Assembly (NCBI GenBank): GCA_031409655.1
Contig: JANNXQ010000170.1
Span: 1-64,000 of the forward strand
Source: Chthoniobacteraceae bacterium
Lineage (GTDB): Bacteria > Verrucomicrobiota > Verrucomicrobiia > Chthoniobacterales > Chthoniobacteraceae
Direction of reading: 5' to 3'
Length of the DNA: 64,000 nucleotides
The notes beneath the pieces are model-generated. The model saw nothing but the letters and a program-made list of their open reading frames with translations, was not told the origin of the DNA and searched no databases. How positions within the stretch are numbered: the first letter of the stretch is position 1; each line of letters starts with the position of its first letter. This document shows, one piece after another, positions 47,583 through 57,942 of the stretch. The position numbers and the translations under genes are program-made.

Positions 47583-48760
47583 GCGGCGGGTTGGAGTTCC
47601 CGGTGCGGGATCGGCAGGGCGGCGGCGGCGTGAAATCCGCGCCAGGTTTCGTCCCAGGTGAATTGCTCGGCGCGGGCGCGGGCTTTCCGGGAATAGTCAG
47701 CGCGCAGGGTGGCGTCGGAGATCAGTCGCGCGAGAATTTCCGCGAGGCCTTCCACGGAGTCGCGTTCGAAAAGCAGGCCAGCAGTGCCGACCACTTCCGG
47801 GGCGCCGCCGGTTCGCGAAACGACGGTGGCGAGTCCGCAAGCCATGCCTTCGAGGATCGTCAGGGCGAAGGGCTCATCCCAGCGCGAAGGGACGACGTGG
47901 AGGTGCGCTTTGCGCAGCTCGGACGGAAGTGCGGTGCGCGAGATGTGGCCGGGGCAGCGCACCGGGATGCCGGCGTTCTGGAGTTGGTCCACGAGGGCCT
48001 GGAGCTGCTGCTGGTAGGCATCGAGCTCGAATTTGTGCCAGTGATTCGAGCCGAGGATTTGGACTCCGAATTTCAGTCCCTTCTGGGCAAGGAGCACGGC
48101 GGCCTTGAGGAGAAGATCCGGTGCTTTTTCGATGCCGGTGCGGCCGAGGAAGTTGATCACCGGCACGCCATCGGTCGCGCTTTCAGCGGGTGCGAAATGC
48201 GCGCTGTCCACGCCGTTAAAGATGGTGCGCACGCTCTCCGGCGGGAGGCCGTAGCACTGCTCGATCCAGCGCCCGGTGAAGTCGCTCACGGCAGTGACGA
48301 CATTCGCTGCTGCGGGAAAGCTGCGGCGGAAGTTTGGCGCGGAGTCGATCTGATTATGGAAGTGATGGACGATGAAGGCGCGCGGAAATTTTCGGCGCAG
48401 GAGCACCGCCATCTCGGGGTCGTTGTGGAGGATGAAGGGTTGCGTTTCGAGACCGCCATCATGGATGGCGGCGGCGACTTTTTCCGCATATGCCTGCTGC
48501 CCGAGATGCCGCCAGCCGGTGAGCTTGCGCTGGAGGCGGAGGAGCTTGAAGGCGGCGCCTTTCTCCGGGACTTTCGGGTAGTCGAGCAGGATGAGTTTCA
48601 CTCCGGGAAATGGCGCGGCTGCGCAGCGGATCGAGATCACGGTGGGCTCGGCGCCGTGGCGCTGGGCGGCGTGGTAGGTTTCGCAGACGTGTGTGGCGAT
48701 GGCCCCGCTCCGCGTCGGCGTGAAGGTTTCGAGCGACTGATTGATGAAGACCACGCTCAT
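47579..48760 (-). CDS. GT4 glycosyltransferase (tandem paralogue A)
   Basis: MSVVFINQSLETFTPTRSGAI, VPSRWDEPFALTILEGMACG. Confidence 0.92.
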   Translation of the reverse strand: MSVVFINQSLETFTPTRSGAIATHVCETYHAAQRHGAEPTVISIRCAAAPFPGVKLILLDYPKVPEKGAAFKLLRLQRKLTGWRHLGQQAYAEKVAAAIHDGGLETQPFILHNDPEMAVLLRRKFPRAFIVHHFHNQIDSAPNFRRSFPAAANVVTAVSDFTGRWIEQCYGLPPESVRTIFNGVDSAHFAPAESATDGVPVINFLGRTGIEKAPDLLLKAAVLLAQKGLKFGVQILGSNHWHKFELDAYQQQLQALVDQLQNAGIPVRCPGHISRTALPSELRKAHLHVVPSRWDEPFALTILEGMACGLATVVSRTGGAPEVVGTAGLLFERDSVEGLAEILARLISDATLRADYSRKARARAEQFTWDETWRGFHAAAALPIPHRELQPAA

Positions 48761-49755
48761 GGGGTGGGCTCCGCGGTTTTCACCGTGGCGGATCGGTAGG
48801 GGCCGTAACGTCCGGAGAGATGATCGAAGACGGCGTGAAAAACTGAACGGAAACATTCAAGCCGGATGCCGGGCTCGGAGCGGGCGCGCAGGGAGCGCCA
48901 GAGATAAGTGGCGATGAGCTGCGGGCCAGAGCGGAAGTAAGCGAGACCGCTATGCTTGCGCAGCAGGAGCAGGGTATTGCGGACGGTGTAGTAGAAGTGG
49001 ATGCCCGACATCCGCAGGCCAGAGCGGCCACCTTTGTGGTAGATGCGTGCGGCGGGGACGGCCATGACGCGGAGTCCGGATTTGCGCACGCGCACGCAGA
49101 GGTCCACGTCTTCGGAGCTCAAGTAGTAGCGGTCGTCGAAGCCCCCGAGTTCCTGCATGAGCTTGGTGCCGATGAGCATCGCGCAACCGGTCGCCCAAGG
49201 GAGTTCGTAGGGGATTTCGGTCGGCTCGGGCACATGGGAATTGTCGTGCCAGGCGGCACCGCGCTTGATGTCCATCTTCGAACCGGCGAACCAGATCGGC
49301 CGCGGCGGGTAGTATTCGAAAATGATCGGCGCGAGCAGTCCGGCGGTGGGCTGCGACTCGGCGGCGGCGACCAGGGCTTCGAGGGCGTCGGGTTCCACGG
49401 TGGTGTCGTTGTTCAGCAGGTAAACGTAGTCCGCACCGAGCTTGATGGCGTGCTGGATGCCGACGTTGTTCCCGCCGGTGAAGCCAAGATTCTTTCCGGT
49501 CTTGAGGACGATCGTGTTGGGAAAGGCGCGCGCGATTTCGTCGCTCGAGCCATCGGTGGAGCCATTGTCCACGACGATGATTTTGCGGTTTGGGTAACTG
49601 TCGTGGCTCAGCGAATCGAGGCACTCGAGGGTGTCTGCTTTGCCGTTCCAGACGACGATGACGATCGCGACCGAGGGGGGCACGGGTTTCGTATCCGGCC
49701 CGACCGCGGAGTAACTCGTGGGCGAAGCGATCGACTTAGCGGTGATCTTGCTCAT
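48757..49755 (-). CDS. GT2 glycosyltransferase
   Basis: VIVVWNG, NLGFTGGNNVG, LLNNDT, EDVDLC. Confidence 0.92.
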   Translation of the reverse strand: MSKITAKSIASPTSYSAVGPDTKPVPPSVAIVIVVWNGKADTLECLDSLSHDSYPNRKIIVVDNGSTDGSSDEIARAFPNTIVLKTGKNLGFTGGNNVGIQHAIKLGADYVYLLNNDTTVEPDALEALVAAAESQPTAGLLAPIIFEYYPPRPIWFAGSKMDIKRGAAWHDNSHVPEPTEIPYELPWATGCAMLIGTKLMQELGGFDDRYYLSSEDVDLCVRVRKSGLRVMAVPAARIYHKGGRSGLRMSGIHFYYTVRNTLLLLRKHSGLAYFRSGPQLIATYLWRSLRARSEPGIRLECFRSVFHAVFDHLSGRYGPYRSATVKTAEPTP

Positions 49756-49804
49756 TACTCAAACACCGCGGCCGTGGAGGCGCGGGCGGGGAAAGGCGGC
49801 GCGT

Positions 49805-50602
49805 CTAAAAGAACGCCAGGAAGCTCGAGAGCATCCGGCCTAGCCGACGCTTAATTTTCCCGAACGTCGTGATCGCCCGGTTACTTTCGAGGCTTTTGGC
49901 CACGAGGAGCAGGCCTTCCGTTGATTTGCGGCTCTCGCTCACCACGATGGAGTCCAGGTTGGCAAATTTCCCGACGTTCGGGATGCGGTTCAAGGTCGCG
50001 CGGATGTCTTTCAAAAGGCTGCCGTTGGTCGCATTCATCGGCAGTTCTGTGGCGATAAAGCCGAGGTTGAGCGCGTGCTTTTCGCCGGGGTAGGCGTAGT
50101 TGAAAATGATCGATTGGAAGCCACACTCGGCGAGCAGTTCGCGCAGGTAACTGGCGTCGAAGAGGGATTTGTGAAGTTGCGGAATCCATCCCTTGGGCGC
50201 TTTGCCGTTCGTGGCCCGCCAGACCGGCCACACTGGCTGGGTCGCATGCTCGGGTTCGCCATGCGTGTAGCGGTACACGTTGTGGAGATCGAAGCGTTCG
50301 CCCATGACGCCGGAAGCCCCATTCAAGTAAAGACGCGCGATCGCCTCGAAGTCCGGGATGGCGAGCATGATCAGCAATCCATCGCGGGCGATCACCCGTT
50401 TCCACTCGCGCAGGGCGGCGAGTTGGTGGCCGAGGAAGAAGTGTTCGAAAACAGCGTGGCCGAAGAGGATCTCCACCTCGCCGGTCTTGATCGTGTCCAG
50501 CTCGCAGGCATCGGCGACGATATCGACTCCCGGGACATCGCGGATGTCCACATTCTTGAAGCCCTCGATCAGCACACCGCCTGCGCCTACTTGGATGTTC
50601 AT
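49805..50602 (-). CDS. SAM methyltransferase-like protein
   Basis: [34 protein letters not shown]. Confidence 0.8.
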   Translation of the reverse strand: MNIQVGAGGVLIEGFKNVDIRDVPGVDIVADACELDTIKTGEVEILFGHAVFEHFFLGHQLAALREWKRVIARDGLLIMLAIPDFEAIARLYLNGASGVMGERFDLHNVYRYTHGEPEHATQPVWPVWRATNGKAPKGWIPQLHKSLFDASYLRELLAECGFQSIIFNYAYPGEKHALNLGFIATELPMNATNGSLLKDIRATLNRIPNVGKFANLDSIVVSESRKSTEGLLLVAKSLESNRAITTFGKIKRRLGRMLSSFLAFF

Positions 50603-51222
50603 TGGAATTTCTTCGCGTAACCTAGTTTGTAGCGGAGGTCGTGCGAACGCTCGCGGATCACTTTCGCCGGGACTCCTCCGACGAGCATGTAGGGAGCCAC
50701 GTCCTTTGTCACTACCGCACCTGAGGCCACTACGGCACCCGTGCCGATGCGCACTCCGGGCATAATCGTCACGCGCGTACCGATATACGCATAATCCTCG
50801 ATGGTCACGGGTCCGCCGGTTTCGGCAAAGAAGGGATCGTCGATGTCATGTTCGCGGGTGTAAATGCGGACTTCGGCGGCGATATTGACGCAGGCGCCGA
50901 TGGTGATGGTGTCGCGGGCATCGTAGAAGCCGTCGTTGCCGAGGGTGCAGTGTTCGCCGATCGAGAGGCCTTCGGGTTTGAAAAAGCGGGCGTGCCAGTG
51001 GAGGGAGCTGGTCGGCGCGAGGCGCAGGCCGGCGCGGCGGTAGAAGAAATTGCGAATCCGGTGCGAGGGTACGTAGCCGAGCATGGTCAGCCAGTAGAGC
51101 CGGAGATCCTGGTAGATGTTGTTATAATACCACCGGCGCGCCTTGCGCAGCGGGGTGATCTTTTTCCCGAAGCGGACCCAGGCGGACTCGGGCGGCGGTT
51201 CGGACACGGCTTCAGGATTCAC
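50599..51222 (-). CDS. Hexapeptide-repeat (LbH) O-acetyltransferase
   Basis: [46 protein letters not shown]. Start uncertain. Confidence 0.9.
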   Translation of the reverse strand: MNPEAVSEPPPESAWVRFGKKITPLRKARRWYYNNIYQDLRLYWLTMLGYVPSHRIRNFFYRRAGLRLAPTSSLHWHARFFKPEGLSIGEHCTLGNDGFYDARDTITIGACVNIAAEVRIYTREHDIDDPFFAETGGPVTIEDYAYIGTRVTIMPGVRIGTGAVVASGAVVTKDVAPYMLVGGVPAKVIRERSHDLRYKLGYAKKFQ

Positions 51223-52066
51223 GGAGAGCGAGGGTCGCGGGCCGCAAGGCAGGCCAGAGGCCGCGGGCAAAGGGATGGAAGTCGCGGAGCCAGCGCCAGA
51301 CGAGCGGGGCGCTTTTCCAGGTCACATGATAGAAGCGCCACGAACGCCAGCCTTCATAGTGGCCCCAGGAGGCGATCTTCGAGCGGATCTCGGCGGGCGT
51401 GCGGACCCAGGAGAAATGCACGATGGCTTCGTCCTCGGCGCAGAATTCGAGGCGCTGTTCCCCGGGCTCGTTTGGCCGGCTGACTTGCAGGCTCTTTTTG
51501 TCGCCGCAGACGACGGCGCGGAGGAAAGGGCCGCCCGTCCGTCGCGCGCTGTCGAGCTTGGTGCCGGGCCGGATGGCGATCGGACCGGGATATTCGTAGT
51601 GGCCGCCGGTTTCGCGCTGGCAGACTTCGAGGAAGCGGCCATCGGGCAGGCGCTGAAAAAAGACGCGCATCGGCCACTCGACGGCGGGGATGCCTTCGCG
51701 GCCGGCGTGTTCGAGCAGTTCGATGAGGCGCGCGGGTTTCGGGAGAAGCTCGTCGGTGTCGAGTTGCAGGACCCAATCCGCGTCCTGGCCGGCCTCGGCG
51801 ATGGCGCACTGGCGCTGGTGGGTCTCGCCTTTGAGCGGCTGATTGTCGTGCCGGACGTAATCGCCGGGGCAGAGGCGCATCTTTTTGTCGCGGTCGATCG
51901 CCGCGAGCCGGCGCAGACATTCCTCCACATTGATCGGCGCGCCGGTCCAGCCGCGGTGATTCTGGTCGTATGACACGATGATCTCTTCGACGGCATCGTA
52001 GTAGGAAAGGACGCCTTCTTCGATCCAGGCGGGGTCGGCGGCGAGGACGTAGGCTTTCAGTCTCAT
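51212..52066 (-). CDS. GT-A-fold (GT2-like) hypothetical protein
   Basis: [34 protein letters not shown] (DxD), HFSWVR. ATGA overlap. Confidence 0.7.
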   Translation of the reverse strand: MRLKAYVLAADPAWIEEGVLSYYDAVEEIIVSYDQNHRGWTGAPINVEECLRRLAAIDRDKKMRLCPGDYVRHDNQPLKGETHQRQCAIAEAGQDADWVLQLDTDELLPKPARLIELLEHAGREGIPAVEWPMRVFFQRLPDGRFLEVCQRETGGHYEYPGPIAIRPGTKLDSARRTGGPFLRAVVCGDKKSLQVSRPNEPGEQRLEFCAEDEAIVHFSWVRTPAEIRSKIASWGHYEGWRSWRFYHVTWKSAPLVWRWLRDFHPFARGLWPALRPATLALRES

Positions 52067-53223
52067 GGCAGGCTGGGCGCGGCGGCGGGAAGGTTGCGGA
52101 CGCGGCGCGTGAGGAAGGGCTTCTCGCAGAGGTGATGGAAGCCGAGCGCCGCGAGCAGCGAGAGCGGGACACCGAGGCCGACCAGCACGAAAAGCGTCGG
52201 CAGCGACGGCCACTGGAGACTGCGCGTGACGACGTGGAGCGAGGCGAGCACCGGTGCGTGGATGAGATACAGACTGTAAGAGATCGCGCCGAGCCACATG
52301 GTCGCTGGCGCTTCGAGGAAGCTGAGCACAGGACTGGCGGCCTTTTCCTCCCGCCGCGTGCAATGGGCTCCATAGATGAGCAGGGCCATCGTGGCGAAGC
52401 CAACGGTGAAATCCATGGCGATCCGATAAAGCACGAAGACCTCGTGGCGGAACTGCATCGCGAGCAGCAGCGGAATCCAGGCGACCGCGGCGATCGCGCC
52501 CCAAGGAATCCGCCGCGGCTCGTGCGTGGTGCCGATCACCGCACCCGCTGCGCCAATCGCGAAAAGGCCGAGGAAGTGGGGATAGGCGACGTCATATTTT
52601 CCGTGAAAGAGAAAGTGCGGCAGCAGACCGACGAGGCACGCGGCCGCCACGGCAACAGCGATGCCGAGGCGCCGCCAGAGCGGGAGGATGAGCAGCGGGA
52701 GGAAGAAGTAGATCTGCCATTCCGTGGCCACGCTCCAGAGCGGGTAGTTGATCTTCGACGACCAATCCGGGCTGACATTGTGGAAGACAAAAAGATGCGA
52801 AAGCAGCACATCCGGCGTGAAAGCCGGGAGCGCGGAGTCCCAGTAAACGTCGGCCTTTTTCCCCAGCGCGGGAACCAGGGCGATGAGGGCGAGGGACAGG
52901 AGCACGACGGCGAAGTAAGGCGGCAGGATGCGCCGGGCGCGGCGCGCGACGTAGCGGGCGATGCCGCCTTCGAGCTGACGCTGGGGATGGGTGGCGACCG
53001 GGAGCATCAGGCAAAAGCCGGAGAGGACGATGAAGATGTCCACGCCCACGTTTCCGTGGAGGAGCCAGCGGAGGAGTTTTTCGAGCAAAGGCGGGAGGGT
53101 GTGCCGCCAGCCGAGAGTCGAGCAATCCGAGGTGCAGTAGGCGTGATAGAAGACGACATACAAGGCGGCGAGTCCGCGGACGCCATCGAGGAAGGGCAGG
53201 CGGAGTGCAGGGCGTGGAGTCAT
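52063..53223 (-). CDS. Acyltransferase family 3 (OafA-like)
   Basis: LDGVRGLAALYVVFYH, GVDIFIVLSGF, WSVATEWQIY, GAISYSLYLIH. Confidence 0.93.
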   Translation of the reverse strand: MTPRPALRLPFLDGVRGLAALYVVFYHAYCTSDCSTLGWRHTLPPLLEKLLRWLLHGNVGVDIFIVLSGFCLMLPVATHPQRQLEGGIARYVARRARRILPPYFAVVLLSLALIALVPALGKKADVYWDSALPAFTPDVLLSHLFVFHNVSPDWSSKINYPLWSVATEWQIYFFLPLLILPLWRRLGIAVAVAAACLVGLLPHFLFHGKYDVAYPHFLGLFAIGAAGAVIGTTHEPRRIPWGAIAAVAWIPLLLAMQFRHEVFVLYRIAMDFTVGFATMALLIYGAHCTRREEKAASPVLSFLEAPATMWLGAISYSLYLIHAPVLASLHVVTRSLQWPSLPTLFVLVGLGVPLSLLAALGFHHLCEKPFLTRRVRNLPAAAPSLP

Positions 53224-53256
53224 CGCGGCCGCGCAGGCCAGGCGGGTGGATTGGTA

Positions 53257-53330
53257 CTCACCCTCATCCTCATCATCTTCATCCTCCCGCCGCTGATGAT
53301 GAAGATGAAGAGGATGAGGATGAGGATGAG
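53257..53330. repeat. Intergenic hairpin of tandem hexamers (CTCATC)n ... (GATGAG)n
   Basis: ctcaccctcatcctcatcatcttcatcctc (53257-53286) vs gaagatgaagaggatgaggatgaggatgag (53301-53330), 27/30 complementary. Confidence 0.85.
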
Positions 53331-53346
53331 CGTGCGGGACGTAGGC

Positions 53347-54219
53347 TCACTGGCTCTTCGTCAGCGAGCGCGCGGCGCGCCAGAGGACCGGCGGGACGAG
53401 ATCCTTGCCGAGTTGCTTGAGGCGTTCACCGAGCGGCGGCGGCGGCACGTCCGCGCTGGTGCCGAGACTCTTCGTGGCGATGACGCCGGCTTCCAGATCG
53501 CGGGTAAGTTCCGGCGGGAGCTTGATCTCGCGGCCGTAAAAAACGAAGTCGCCCCGGCCCTGGACTTTCTGGGTCACGTCGTCCGGGAGGCGGATGGGAT
53601 CGAGGCCGTAAAACGCAAAAAGGTTCAGCCAGAATTTTTCCGGCTGCTCGTTGCAATGATGGTAGTGGGCGTCATTGGTCGAAGGTTCCTCGAAGGAGAA
53701 CCAGGCGACCCGGGCGTGATTGACGATATTGGCGACGAGCACGCCGGAGAGCGGACATTCGATGTGCTCGGCGACTTCCGTGCAGATCACCATGTCGAAG
53801 GTGCGGTTCAGATTCAGCGGCAGGCGGAGATCGTGCTGCAGCAGACGCTCCTGCGGAACGCCGCGGGCGAGGGTGCGGCGGTTGCCGGCGTGGGTGCCTT
53901 CGACGGCGAAAATGTCGATGCCCGCCTTGAGAAAGCCCTCGGTGAAAAAGCCGCTCGCGCAGCCAAGTTCGAGGATCGATTTCACCGGACGCCCCAGCAC
54001 CATGCGGCCGTAATCGAGGACGTGGGTGACGTAACTCTCGACGATGTGCGGCGGCACATGGTCGGCCTCGTAGTAGGTGTCTTCGTAGAAGCCATCGAGG
54101 TCGAAGTAGCAAAAGGCGTGTTCAAATTTCGGATCGAACCACCACCGCTGGTTATCCCCGAGCCACCCGGTGTCTTTCTTGTCGTCGTAGATGGTTACTT
54201 TGCTGGTCGTCGGTTTCAC
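53347..54219 (-). CDS. Class I SAM methyltransferase
   Basis: ILELGCASG, HDLRLPL, FDMVICTEVAEHI, HHCNEQP..FW. Confidence 0.88.
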   Translation of the reverse strand: MKPTTSKVTIYDDKKDTGWLGDNQRWWFDPKFEHAFCYFDLDGFYEDTYYEADHVPPHIVESYVTHVLDYGRMVLGRPVKSILELGCASGFFTEGFLKAGIDIFAVEGTHAGNRRTLARGVPQERLLQHDLRLPLNLNRTFDMVICTEVAEHIECPLSGVLVANIVNHARVAWFSFEEPSTNDAHYHHCNEQPEKFWLNLFAFYGLDPIRLPDDVTQKVQGRGDFVFYGREIKLPPELTRDLEAGVIATKSLGTSADVPPPPLGERLKQLGKDLVPPVLWRAARSLTKSQ

Positions 54220-54276
54220 GTGAGTCGATTTGTTGTTTCCAGTTTTGGGCGGTCGGATTGAAATTTTCCCTGCTGC

Positions 54277-55548
54277 TCAGGCGGGCTGCGCAGCGCTTGC
54301 GCCAGCGGTGAGGGCATCGGGCGCACTGCCCTGGGCGGTGGTCGCAAAGGCGAAGTCGGCAAAGACCACGCCGGCAGCCGTGGCCTCGGTATTTCCCGCG
54401 GCGGGATAGGGGAGCAGCGGGAGGATTTCGAGCTGCAGCGCGTGCTCGAAGGCGTCGATGACGCCGGCGCTGCAGATGAAAATGCTCACCCGATACGTGT
54501 CCGGCCGGAGCCACGGCGTCCGCAGCGTGAACTCGCCTTCGTAGCGATCGCTCGCATCGACCCAGTGGCCGACCATGCGCGAATCGCACTGGAGCAGGAT
54601 GACGCCGTAGTGATCGACGATGTGGCAGGAGAGAAAATAGCGGCCGTTGTAAGGGGCGAAACGCTCGATGGTGAACCGGATGGTCTTGTCCCCGGCGCAC
54701 TCGTAAAACTCCTTCGTGGTGGTGATCGAGGTGACGCGGAGTTCGCCACTGCCGGCGCGCTGGCGGGGGTCGCCCATTTTCGTCGCCGGACGCTCGAAGC
54801 TGCGCACGTAGTAGTCGATCGCCTGCGGCACGCCGCCGTAGCAAACGAGCCGTCCCTTTTCCAGATACATGGCCCGGGTGCACAGTACTTGAACAGATTG
54901 CATGTGATGGCTGACGAAAAGCACGGTGCGTCCGCCGTGGGCCACGTCCTTGATCTTGCCCAGGCATTTTCGCTGAAACTCGGCATCGCCCACGGCGAGC
55001 ACTTCATCCACGAGCAGGATGTCCGAGCTGAGGTGCGCGGCGACGGCAAAGGCGAGCCGGACGTACATGCCGCTCGAGTAGCGCTTCACCGGGGTATCGA
55101 GGAACTGCTCGACGCCGGAGAAATCAACGATGGCGTCGAACTGGCGATCGATGTCGCGCCGCGACATGCCGATGATCGCGCCATTTAAGTACACATTCTC
55201 GCGCCCGGTCAGTTCGGGATGAAAGCCGGTGCCGACTTCGAGCAGGCTGCCGACGCTGCCGTAGAGGTCGATCTCGCCGCTGGTCGGTTCGGTGATGCGG
55301 CTGAGGATTTTCAGGAGCGTGCTTTTGCCCGCGCCATTGCGTCCGACGACGCCGACGACGTCGCCCGCCATGATGTCGAAGGAAACATCTTTCAACGCCC
55401 AAAACGTCTCCGACTCGGTGCGCCGGAAGCCGCGTTTCGCTTTGTGGATGAGCTGTTCGGCGAGCGTGGTCTGCTTCTCGCCCTGGTGCTGGATGGTGTA
55501 GGACTTCGAGAGGCCGCGTACACCGATGGCTACTTCACTGTTGGACAT
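54277..55548 (-). CDS. wzt: Polysaccharide ABC exporter ATP-binding subunit Wzt with C-terminal extension (Wzt_C-like)
   Basis: FWALKDVSF, GRNGAGKST, YSSGMYVRLAF, DEVLAVGD, plus a ~170 aa C-terminal domain. Confidence 0.95.
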   Translation of the reverse strand: MSNSEVAIGVRGLSKSYTIQHQGEKQTTLAEQLIHKAKRGFRRTESETFWALKDVSFDIMAGDVVGVVGRNGAGKSTLLKILSRITEPTSGEIDLYGSVGSLLEVGTGFHPELTGRENVYLNGAIIGMSRRDIDRQFDAIVDFSGVEQFLDTPVKRYSSGMYVRLAFAVAAHLSSDILLVDEVLAVGDAEFQRKCLGKIKDVAHGGRTVLFVSHHMQSVQVLCTRAMYLEKGRLVCYGGVPQAIDYYVRSFERPATKMGDPRQRAGSGELRVTSITTTKEFYECAGDKTIRFTIERFAPYNGRYFLSCHIVDHYGVILLQCDSRMVGHWVDASDRYEGEFTLRTPWLRPDTYRVSIFICSAGVIDAFEHALQLEILPLLPYPAAGNTEATAAGVVFADFAFATTAQGSAPDALTAGASAAQPA

Positions 55549-55557
55549 GAGAACGGT

Positions 55558-56454
55558 TCAGGTTCCGAAAAGGCTGCGGCCGAGGACGCGCTTCAACGCG
55601 GGCGGATATTGCCGGAAGGCGCGCACGGACTCGGCGGCGGCAGTGAAATAGCGCCCGGCGGACCAGGCCGCGTAGGCGCGGCCTTTGAAATGCCCGTAGT
55701 AGTCTTCCTGCAAAATGTCCCGGCTTTTGGCAATTGCCGCGCGGCACTGCGCACAGCCGGGATGCAGGTTGGCGTGTTTGTCGAGCACGCGCATGGCGTT
55801 GAGGAACATCCGCGGGGCATTGCGGCCCTGCTGTTTCCCGTGCAGGCCGACGCGGCCGAGGATTTCGTTCACGCCCACCAGGCGAAACTCGGCGGCCATG
55901 CGGATGCCGATGTCCCAGTCGTCGGTGCCGCCGAGCGAGGCGTCGAAGGGGCCGATCTGATCGAGCGCCGAGCGCCGGAAGAGCATGGTCTGGACGGGCA
56001 GGACCATGTGGCCGAGCAGGTCGTGTACGTCGAGTTCGTCGGCTGGGAAATAAGTCGCCGTGGCCTCGCCGGAGTGGATGTGGAAGAACTCGATGGTCGC
56101 ATAGACCAGCCCGATCTTCGGATCTTCGCTGAAGCGGGGAATCTGGCGCTCGAGCTTGTGCGGCAGCCAGAGATCGTCCTGATCGAGCACCGCAAAAAAT
56201 TCCCCCTGCGCGTGCAGCAATCCGAGATTGCGCGCGGCCGCGGTCCCCGAGTTTTTCTGCTCGAAAAATCGGATCCGATCTCCGAACCGGCGCACGATGT
56301 CCGGGGTGCCGTCGGTCGAGCCGTCGTCCACGACGAGCAGTTCCACCGCCGGCCAGGTCTGGGCGAAGATGCTCTCGATGGTCTTGCCGATGAAGTCCGC
56401 GCCGTTGAAGGCAGGGATCACCACGCTGACCAGAGGTTTGTCGGAATCTGTCAT
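55558..56454 (-). CDS. GT2 glycosyltransferase
   Basis: PLVSVVIPAFN, VVDDGSTDGT, LDQDDLWLPHKLERQ. Confidence 0.93.
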   Translation of the reverse strand: MTDSDKPLVSVVIPAFNGADFIGKTIESIFAQTWPAVELLVVDDGSTDGTPDIVRRFGDRIRFFEQKNSGTAAARNLGLLHAQGEFFAVLDQDDLWLPHKLERQIPRFSEDPKIGLVYATIEFFHIHSGEATATYFPADELDVHDLLGHMVLPVQTMLFRRSALDQIGPFDASLGGTDDWDIGIRMAAEFRLVGVNEILGRVGLHGKQQGRNAPRMFLNAMRVLDKHANLHPGCAQCRAAIAKSRDILQEDYYGHFKGRAYAAWSAGRYFTAAAESVRAFRQYPPALKRVLGRSLFGT

Positions 56455-56455
56455 T

Positions 56456-57343
56456 TTAGATGATGTCTGCAAAACGGCGCTCCATGCGTTTGAACGAGAA
56501 AAGCCCGATCGCCATGACGACCAGTGACGCGCCCGCCGCGTAGCCGAGCAAAGTCCAATCCAGCGAGCCGCGACCGAGGATCGAGAAACGCATCGCTTCG
56601 AGGAGGCTCGAGAGAGGGTTGAAATTATACCAAAAACGCAAGTGCTCCGGCACTGCCGAAACCGCATAGGCGATGGGGCTCGCGTAGAGGAGGATCTGGA
56701 GGGCGACGGGGAGGATGTAGGAGACGTCGCGATAGCTCACGGTGAGCGAAGCGGCGCAGAGGCCGATCCCGGTCGCGAAAAGCAGGAGAACCATGAGCAG
56801 CGCCGGAAGGAGAACCAGCCCCCAACCCGGCACGACACCGTAGATGATCATGAGGACGGCCATCATCCCGGTGGCCACGCTGAAATCGATGAGGACTGAT
56901 GGGATCGAAGACAACGGCAGCACCAGCCTTGGAAAGAAGACCTTCGAGATGAGGTGGGCATTGCCCACGAGGGAGCCACTGACCTTCGCGACGGTCGCGC
57001 TGAAAAGATTCCAGCCCATGAGGCCGGCATAGGAGAAGAGAAAGTATGGCAGCCCGTCGCTGGGCATTTGCGCCACTTTCCCAAAGACAAAGGAGAAGAT
57101 GCCCGCTGCCATGAGCGGCTGCAGGACCACCCAAACGACGCCGAGGGCCGTCTGCTTGTAGCGCAGGCGCAGGTCGCGGAGGGCGAGCGAGAGGAGGAGA
57201 TCCCGGAACTTCCAAATCTCCGGGAGATTCAGCGGCACCCAGCCAGAGCTGGCCCGCAGGGTCATCGTGGGACGGCGCGGGTCTCCAGGCGGCGGAGGTG
57301 CCGGGGTCGCGGGTGCGGACAGGGTCGATTGCAAAGATGGCAT
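56456..57343 (-). CDS. wzm: Polysaccharide ABC exporter permease Wzm
   Basis: RDLRLRYKQTALGVVWVVLQPL, LISKVFFPR, YASPIAY, ERRFADII. Confidence 0.95.
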   Translation of the reverse strand: MPSLQSTLSAPATPAPPPPGDPRRPTMTLRASSGWVPLNLPEIWKFRDLLLSLALRDLRLRYKQTALGVVWVVLQPLMAAGIFSFVFGKVAQMPSDGLPYFLFSYAGLMGWNLFSATVAKVSGSLVGNAHLISKVFFPRLVLPLSSIPSVLIDFSVATGMMAVLMIIYGVVPGWGLVLLPALLMVLLLFATGIGLCAASLTVSYRDVSYILPVALQILLYASPIAYAVSAVPEHLRFWYNFNPLSSLLEAMRFSILGRGSLDWTLLGYAAGASLVVMAIGLFSFKRMERRFADII

Positions 57344-57402
57344 TTTTTGATTCAGAGATGATTCACATCCGGACGGGCGCACGATGTCGCACCCACCAGG
57401 CG

Positions 57403-57942
57403 TCAGCCCGCGAGTTGCTCTTCTTCGCGACCCAAACGCTCGACGAGCATCGGAAGCATGGCGCCCGCCTTTTTCCGCCAAATCTGGAGGGATTGAATGC
57501 GTTCCTCCATCAGGCCGCGATTTGAGGCTGGAAGCTCGCTGAGCAACTCCACGAGTCGGGCAAGGCGATCGTCCTGATCCGAGAGTTGCGGAACGATCCG
57601 TTCGCGGACCACGCCCGCCGCGATCGTCCGGAGGTGAGTCTCCGCCACATAGAAGTCCCGGCGCTCTCCTGGGACGTAGGTCACCTTCACCGCTCCTACA
57701 GTGCGGAGTAGCCGCAAGCCCTGGCTTGCCGATCCGCTGCTGATCCGCAGCTTTTCCCGCACGTAGTCGGCTGAGACGGGCTGTGGTGAGGCAAAAAGGA
57801 GTCCATAAATCTCGCCGATTGACCGCGAGATGTGGAAGAGATTGGCGAGGCGGACGAAGAAATCGATGGTGTCGATTTCGATTGGGGAAAGGATCTTTCC
57901 CGGTTCGCCCGAGGGCAGCACCGAAGCTTGGGATGGGTTCAC
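57403..57942 (-). CDS. GbsR/MarR-family transcriptional regulator
   Basis: SRSIGEIYGLLF...LRISSGSASQGLRLL...PGERRDFYVAE (winged HTH). Start uncertain (GTG 57942; ORF open to 58131). Confidence 0.85.
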   Translation of the reverse strand: MNPSQASVLPSGEPGKILSPIEIDTIDFFVRLANLFHISRSIGEIYGLLFASPQPVSADYVREKLRISSGSASQGLRLLRTVGAVKVTYVPGERRDFYVAETHLRTIAAGVVRERIVPQLSDQDDRLARLVELLSELPASNRGLMEERIQSLQIWRKKAGAMLPMLVERLGREEEQLAG

